From the NCBI GenBank assembly GCA_949745755.1, contig CATJZL010000065.1:1185-65184 (forward strand): a stretch of DNA of 64,000 nt, in the 5' to 3' direction. Both the position numbers and the translations under genes were made by a program. Shown here in pieces: positions 61,155-64,000 of the stretch. Under the pieces are notes generated by a model. The model did no database searches, was not told the DNA's origin, and saw only the letters and a program-made list of their open reading frames with translations. How positions within the stretch are numbered: position 1 is the first letter of the stretch; each line of letters starts with the position of its first letter. The DNA comes from an uncultured Bacilli bacterium. Lineage in GTDB: Bacteria; Bacillota_I; Bacilli_A; RF39; UBA660.

Positions 61155-61712
61155 GTGATAAAAATGAAAAAAATAATTATATTGTTAAGTGTAATAACAG
61201 CAGTATTCATAGTAAATGATTTATCAAAAGAAGAAGTAATTATACCAAAAGAGTCAATTAGATTAAGAGTAATTGCAAACTCTGATTCAACAGAAGATCA
61301 AGCTTTGAAACAAAAAGTAAAAGAAAAATTAAACAAAAATATAGAAGAACTTTTAACAAATAGTAAAAATATTGAGGATACAAGAATGACTTTAAAAAAG
61401 AATATTCCACTATTTGAAAATACAATCAATACTACGTTAAAAGAAAACAATACAAATATAGGCTATGATATAAATTATGGAGAAAACTATTTTCCAGAAA
61501 AAAATTACAAAAATGTAACTTATAAAGAAGGAAATTATGAATCTTTAGTAGTAAAAATAGGAAAAGGACAAGGAAAAAATTTCTGGTGTGTATTATTCCC
61601 ACCATTATGTTTTATAGATGAACAACAAGAAAAGAACAAAGAAGTAGAATATCATCTTCTAGTAAAAGATATACTAAATAAATTTTCAAAAAACAAAATA
61701 AAAGAGAAATAA
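61155..61712 (+). CDS. spoIIR: Stage II sporulation protein R.
   Basis: A signal peptide, then IRLRVIANSDSTEDQALKQKVKEKL and KGQGKNFWCVLFPPLCF, which are signature blocks of SpoIIR. Synteny with prfA and prmC as in B. subtilis. Confidence 0.6.
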   Translation: MIKMKKIIILLSVITAVFIVNDLSKEEVIIPKESIRLRVIANSDSTEDQALKQKVKEKLNKNIEELLTNSKNIEDTRMTLKKNIPLFENTINTTLKENNTNIGYDINYGENYFPEKNYKNVTYKEGNYESLVVKIGKGQGKNFWCVLFPPLCFIDEQQEKNKEVEYHLLVKDILNKFSKNKIKEK

Positions 61713-61781
61713 GGAAAAGAATTTTTTACAGATAAAAGAATAAATTAAAATGAAAATAATAAATTTATACTAGGTGAAAAC

Positions 61782-62318
61782 ATGAATAAAATAATAATGG
61801 ATTTTGCTATAGCACTAGCACTTAGTATGGACGCATTTTCAATATCTATTTGCATGACAACAAGCAATTTATTAAATAAAAGAAAAATGTTTATATTTAC
61901 AATATTAGTTGGAATTCTTCATTTCGTAATGCCCCTTTTGGGAAATTACATAGGTTTAGCTATCTCAATAAATTTAGAAAAAATAGCAAACTATATTTTA
62001 GGAATTATTTTTCTAATATTAGGTATAGAAGTACTAAATTCAAAAGAAAAGGAAGAAATTCCAAAAATAAATTATTTATATTTAACAATTATTGCTATAA
62101 CTGTAAGTATCGATAGCTTTACAGTAGGACTAGGTTTATCACTAACACATGAATATACTTATATATCAAGCATGATATTTTCAATTGTAAGTTTTTCTTT
62201 TACAATACTAGGTTTAACAATAGGAAAATACTTAAATGAAAAAATAGAAAAAAAAGCCACTATAATAGGAGGCATTTTATTAATAATGTTATCTATAAAA
62301 TATTTTTTAAAATTGTAG
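61782..62318 (+). CDS. mntP: Manganese efflux pump MntP (DUF204).
   Basis: A 178-aa ORF with six TM helices and the duplicated motifs LALSMDAFSIS and TVSIDSFTVG. Its position matches B. subtilis ywlD. Confidence 0.7.
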   Translation: MNKIIMDFAIALALSMDAFSISICMTTSNLLNKRKMFIFTILVGILHFVMPLLGNYIGLAISINLEKIANYILGIIFLILGIEVLNSKEKEEIPKINYLYLTIIAITVSIDSFTVGLGLSLTHEYTYISSMIFSIVSFSFTILGLTIGKYLNEKIEKKATIIGGILLIMLSIKYFLKL

Positions 62319-62417
62319 ACATAATAATATAGGGTGACAAAATGAAAAAGGAAAATATAGGGAAAGATTATTTACAAGGTATGAAATATTATAAAAAACT
62401 AATATCCTTTATAAAAA

Positions 62418-62452
62418 ATAAAAAGAATAAGTAAAATAGACTTGAATTTACT
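62418..62452 (+). terminator. Intrinsic terminator after mntP.
   Basis: AAGUAAA-auagacuugaau-UUUACUU followed by AUUUUUUU. Confidence 0.45.
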
Positions 62453-62472
62453 TATTTTTTTATTCCCTTTAT

Positions 62473-62507
62473 TGACAAAGAAAAATATCTTTAATATGAT
62501 ACTTATA
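62473..62507 (+). promoter_or_regulatory. SigA-type promoter for murA.
   Basis: TTGACA, a 17-nt spacer, then TATGAT. Confidence 0.4.
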
Positions 62508-62632
62508 GAGTTAAGTGAGAAAAAGTGTTTGTAAAAAAACAATAAAAGAAAGAAAAAACAAACTCTAATATTTTAAATAAAATAATGCACTTAATTAGCA
62601 AGTAAGAAATACAATATAGTGATGGAGGCTTT

Positions 62633-63886
62633 ATGAAAATATTAGAAATAACAGGTGGGCAAAAATTATCTGGAACTATAAGAATAAGTGGAGCTAAAAA
62701 TAGTGCTGTGGCACTTATCCCTGCAGCAATTTTAGCAGAGACAGAAACTACGATATGTAATATACCAGAAATCACTGATACAGATAATTTATGTGATATA
62801 TTAAATAACCTAGGTGTAAAAACAAAAAGAGCCAGTGAAAGTATAATAATTGATTCAACAAATATGCAAAATCAGGTTATAAATGAAGAATTTTCAAAAA
62901 AACTAAGAGCATCTTATTATTTTATGGGAGCATTATTAGGAAAATACAAAAAAGTAACCATGCATTTTCCTGGAGGCTGTTCAATAGGAGCAAGACCAAT
63001 CGACTTACATTTAAAAGGATTTGAAGCATTAGGAGCTACAGTAAAAAAAGAAGAAAATAAATATACTGTTGAAGCAGATAGACTAATAGGATGTCCAATA
63101 TATTTAGATTTTGCATCAGTAGGTGCAACAATAAACATTATGTTAGCGGCCGTAAAAGCAGAAGGAAGAACAACAATAGATAATGCAGCCAAAGAACCAG
63201 AAATAGTAAATGTAGCAACCTTTTTAAATAATATGGGAGCACGAATTACAGGAGCAGGAACATCAACAATAAGAATAGATGGAGTAAAACATTTACATGG
63301 TTGCTTCCACGAAGTGATACCAGATAGAATAGAAGCAGGAACCTATACAATTATAGGAGCTTTATGTGGAGAAAACCTAAAAATAGATAATATCATTCCA
63401 GAACATATAGAATCATTAACATCTAAATTACAAGAAATAGGTGCAAAATTAGAAATAGGATCAGACTATATAACAATCAGTAGAAGTGAGAACTATAAAG
63501 CAACAAATATCAAAACATCTACCTATCCAGGTTTTCCAACCGACTTACAACAACCATTTTCTATACTTTTAACACAATGTAATGGCAAATGTAAAATAGA
63601 AGAAACCATATTTGAAAATAGATTTATGCAAGTTCCATATTTATGTCAAATGGGTGCAGATATTTCTGTAAAAAATCAAACAGCAACTTTCATAGGACCA
63701 ACAAAACTAAAAGGAAAAGAAGTAGTAGCAACAGACCTGCGTGCTGGAGCAAGCCTAGTTGCAGCATCGCTAATAGCAGAAGGTACAACAAAAATCACAA
63801 ATGTAGAACATATATTAAGAGGATATGAAAATATAGTAGAAAAATTAACCCAAGTAGGTGCTAAAATAAAGAGAGAGGAAATATAA
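62633..63886 (+). CDS. murA: UDP-N-acetylglucosamine 1-carboxyvinyltransferase.
   Basis: A 417-aa ORF starting MKILEITGGQKLSGTIRISGAKNSA, with active-site Cys in CSIGARPIDLH. Confidence 0.9.
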   Translation: MKILEITGGQKLSGTIRISGAKNSAVALIPAAILAETETTICNIPEITDTDNLCDILNNLGVKTKRASESIIIDSTNMQNQVINEEFSKKLRASYYFMGALLGKYKKVTMHFPGGCSIGARPIDLHLKGFEALGATVKKEENKYTVEADRLIGCPIYLDFASVGATINIMLAAVKAEGRTTIDNAAKEPEIVNVATFLNNMGARITGAGTSTIRIDGVKHLHGCFHEVIPDRIEAGTYTIIGALCGENLKIDNIIPEHIESLTSKLQEIGAKLEIGSDYITISRSENYKATNIKTSTYPGFPTDLQQPFSILLTQCNGKCKIEETIFENRFMQVPYLCQMGADISVKNQTATFIGPTKLKGKEVVATDLRAGASLVAASLIAEGTTKITNVEHILRGYENIVEKLTQVGAKIKREEI

Positions 63887-63920
63887 ATATATTGAAGACT
63901 CTTTTTATTTTGGAGGAAAT

Positions 63921-64000
63921 ATGTATAAAAAACTAAAATTATTAACCTTAATTTTATTAAGTCTATCTGTATATTTTATTTATAATAAAGAAAATAAAAA
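63921..64000 (+). CDS. N-terminal fragment of a signal-peptide protein. By synteny after murA it could be SpoIID-like, but this is unverified.
   Basis: GGAGGA ribosome-binding site, then MYKKLKLLTLILLSLSVYFIYNKENK, then the window ends. Confidence 0.2.
   Translation, partial: MYKKLKLLTLILLSLSVYFIYNKENK

Noticed and set aside
1-64000. An alternative genetic code (UGA read as Trp, Mollicute-like), considered given the low GC content and the rpoE delta subunit.
   Set aside because: All long conserved genes (dnaA, gyrA, gyrB, mfd, argS and others) are full-length in standard-code ORFs that terminate at expected positions. No UGA read-through is needed.
1-64000. CRISPR arrays, rRNA or tRNA genes, insertion sequences and prophage genes.
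   Set aside because: No direct-repeat and spacer periodicity was seen. No GC-rich islands typical of rRNA or tRNA appear in this AT-rich background. No transposase, integrase or phage structural ORFs are present.

Overview
The window is about 64 kb from the replication-origin region of a very AT-rich sporulating Firmicute, read with the standard genetic code; roughly a quarter of the bases are G+C by eye. Gene content and order track the Bacillus subtilis origin map closely. Together with an RNA polymerase delta subunit gene (rpoE), this suggests a Bacilli- or Erysipelotrichia-like spore-former rather than a classical Clostridium.

Running leftward from oriC, the minus strand carries dnaA, dnaN, comK, recF, gyrB and gyrA, then an 830-bp noncoding stretch, SRP RNA, tadA, dnaX, ybaB, recR, bofA, holB, ricT and yabB. 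These are followed by rsmI, pth, mfd, two unknown genes, spoVT, metG with a T-box leader, tatD, a YfhO-family gene and a tandem pair of TasA/camelysin-like genes. Running rightward, the plus strand carries rpmH, rnpA, yidC, jag, mnmE, mnmG, rsmG, a Noc-like parB with a long tail, soj, spo0J, an MscS channel, a DUF951 gene, an AbgT transporter, ychF, rpsF, ssb and rpsR. These are followed by a DHH phosphoesterase, rplI, the replicative helicase, an M23 peptidase, a YycJ-like hydrolase, rlmH and ung. The convergent pair lemA and gerQ plus a class A PBP follow on the minus strand. The plus strand then resumes with ywiB, a UDG-like gene, argS, rpoE, prfA, prmC, spoIIR, mntP, murA and a partial signal-peptide ORF. 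oriC is bipartite, with DnaA-box clusters on both sides of dnaA.

No rRNA, tRNA, CRISPR array or obvious mobile element was seen. Nothing in this window amounts to an undescribed multi-gene system. The candidates worth follow-up are listed here.
- A ComK-family gene sits in the conserved dnaN-recF slot in place of yaaA.
- A two-gene cassette of unknown function lies between mfd and spoVT.
- A palindrome-dense 830-bp noncoding island downstream of gyrA carries DnaA-box-like inverted repeats and a CACGTG-core palindrome.
- A 22-bp perfect palindrome recurs at three loci, once in frame inside dnaX.
- A Noc-like ParB carries a roughly 300-aa low-complexity tail with repeated PNLM motifs.
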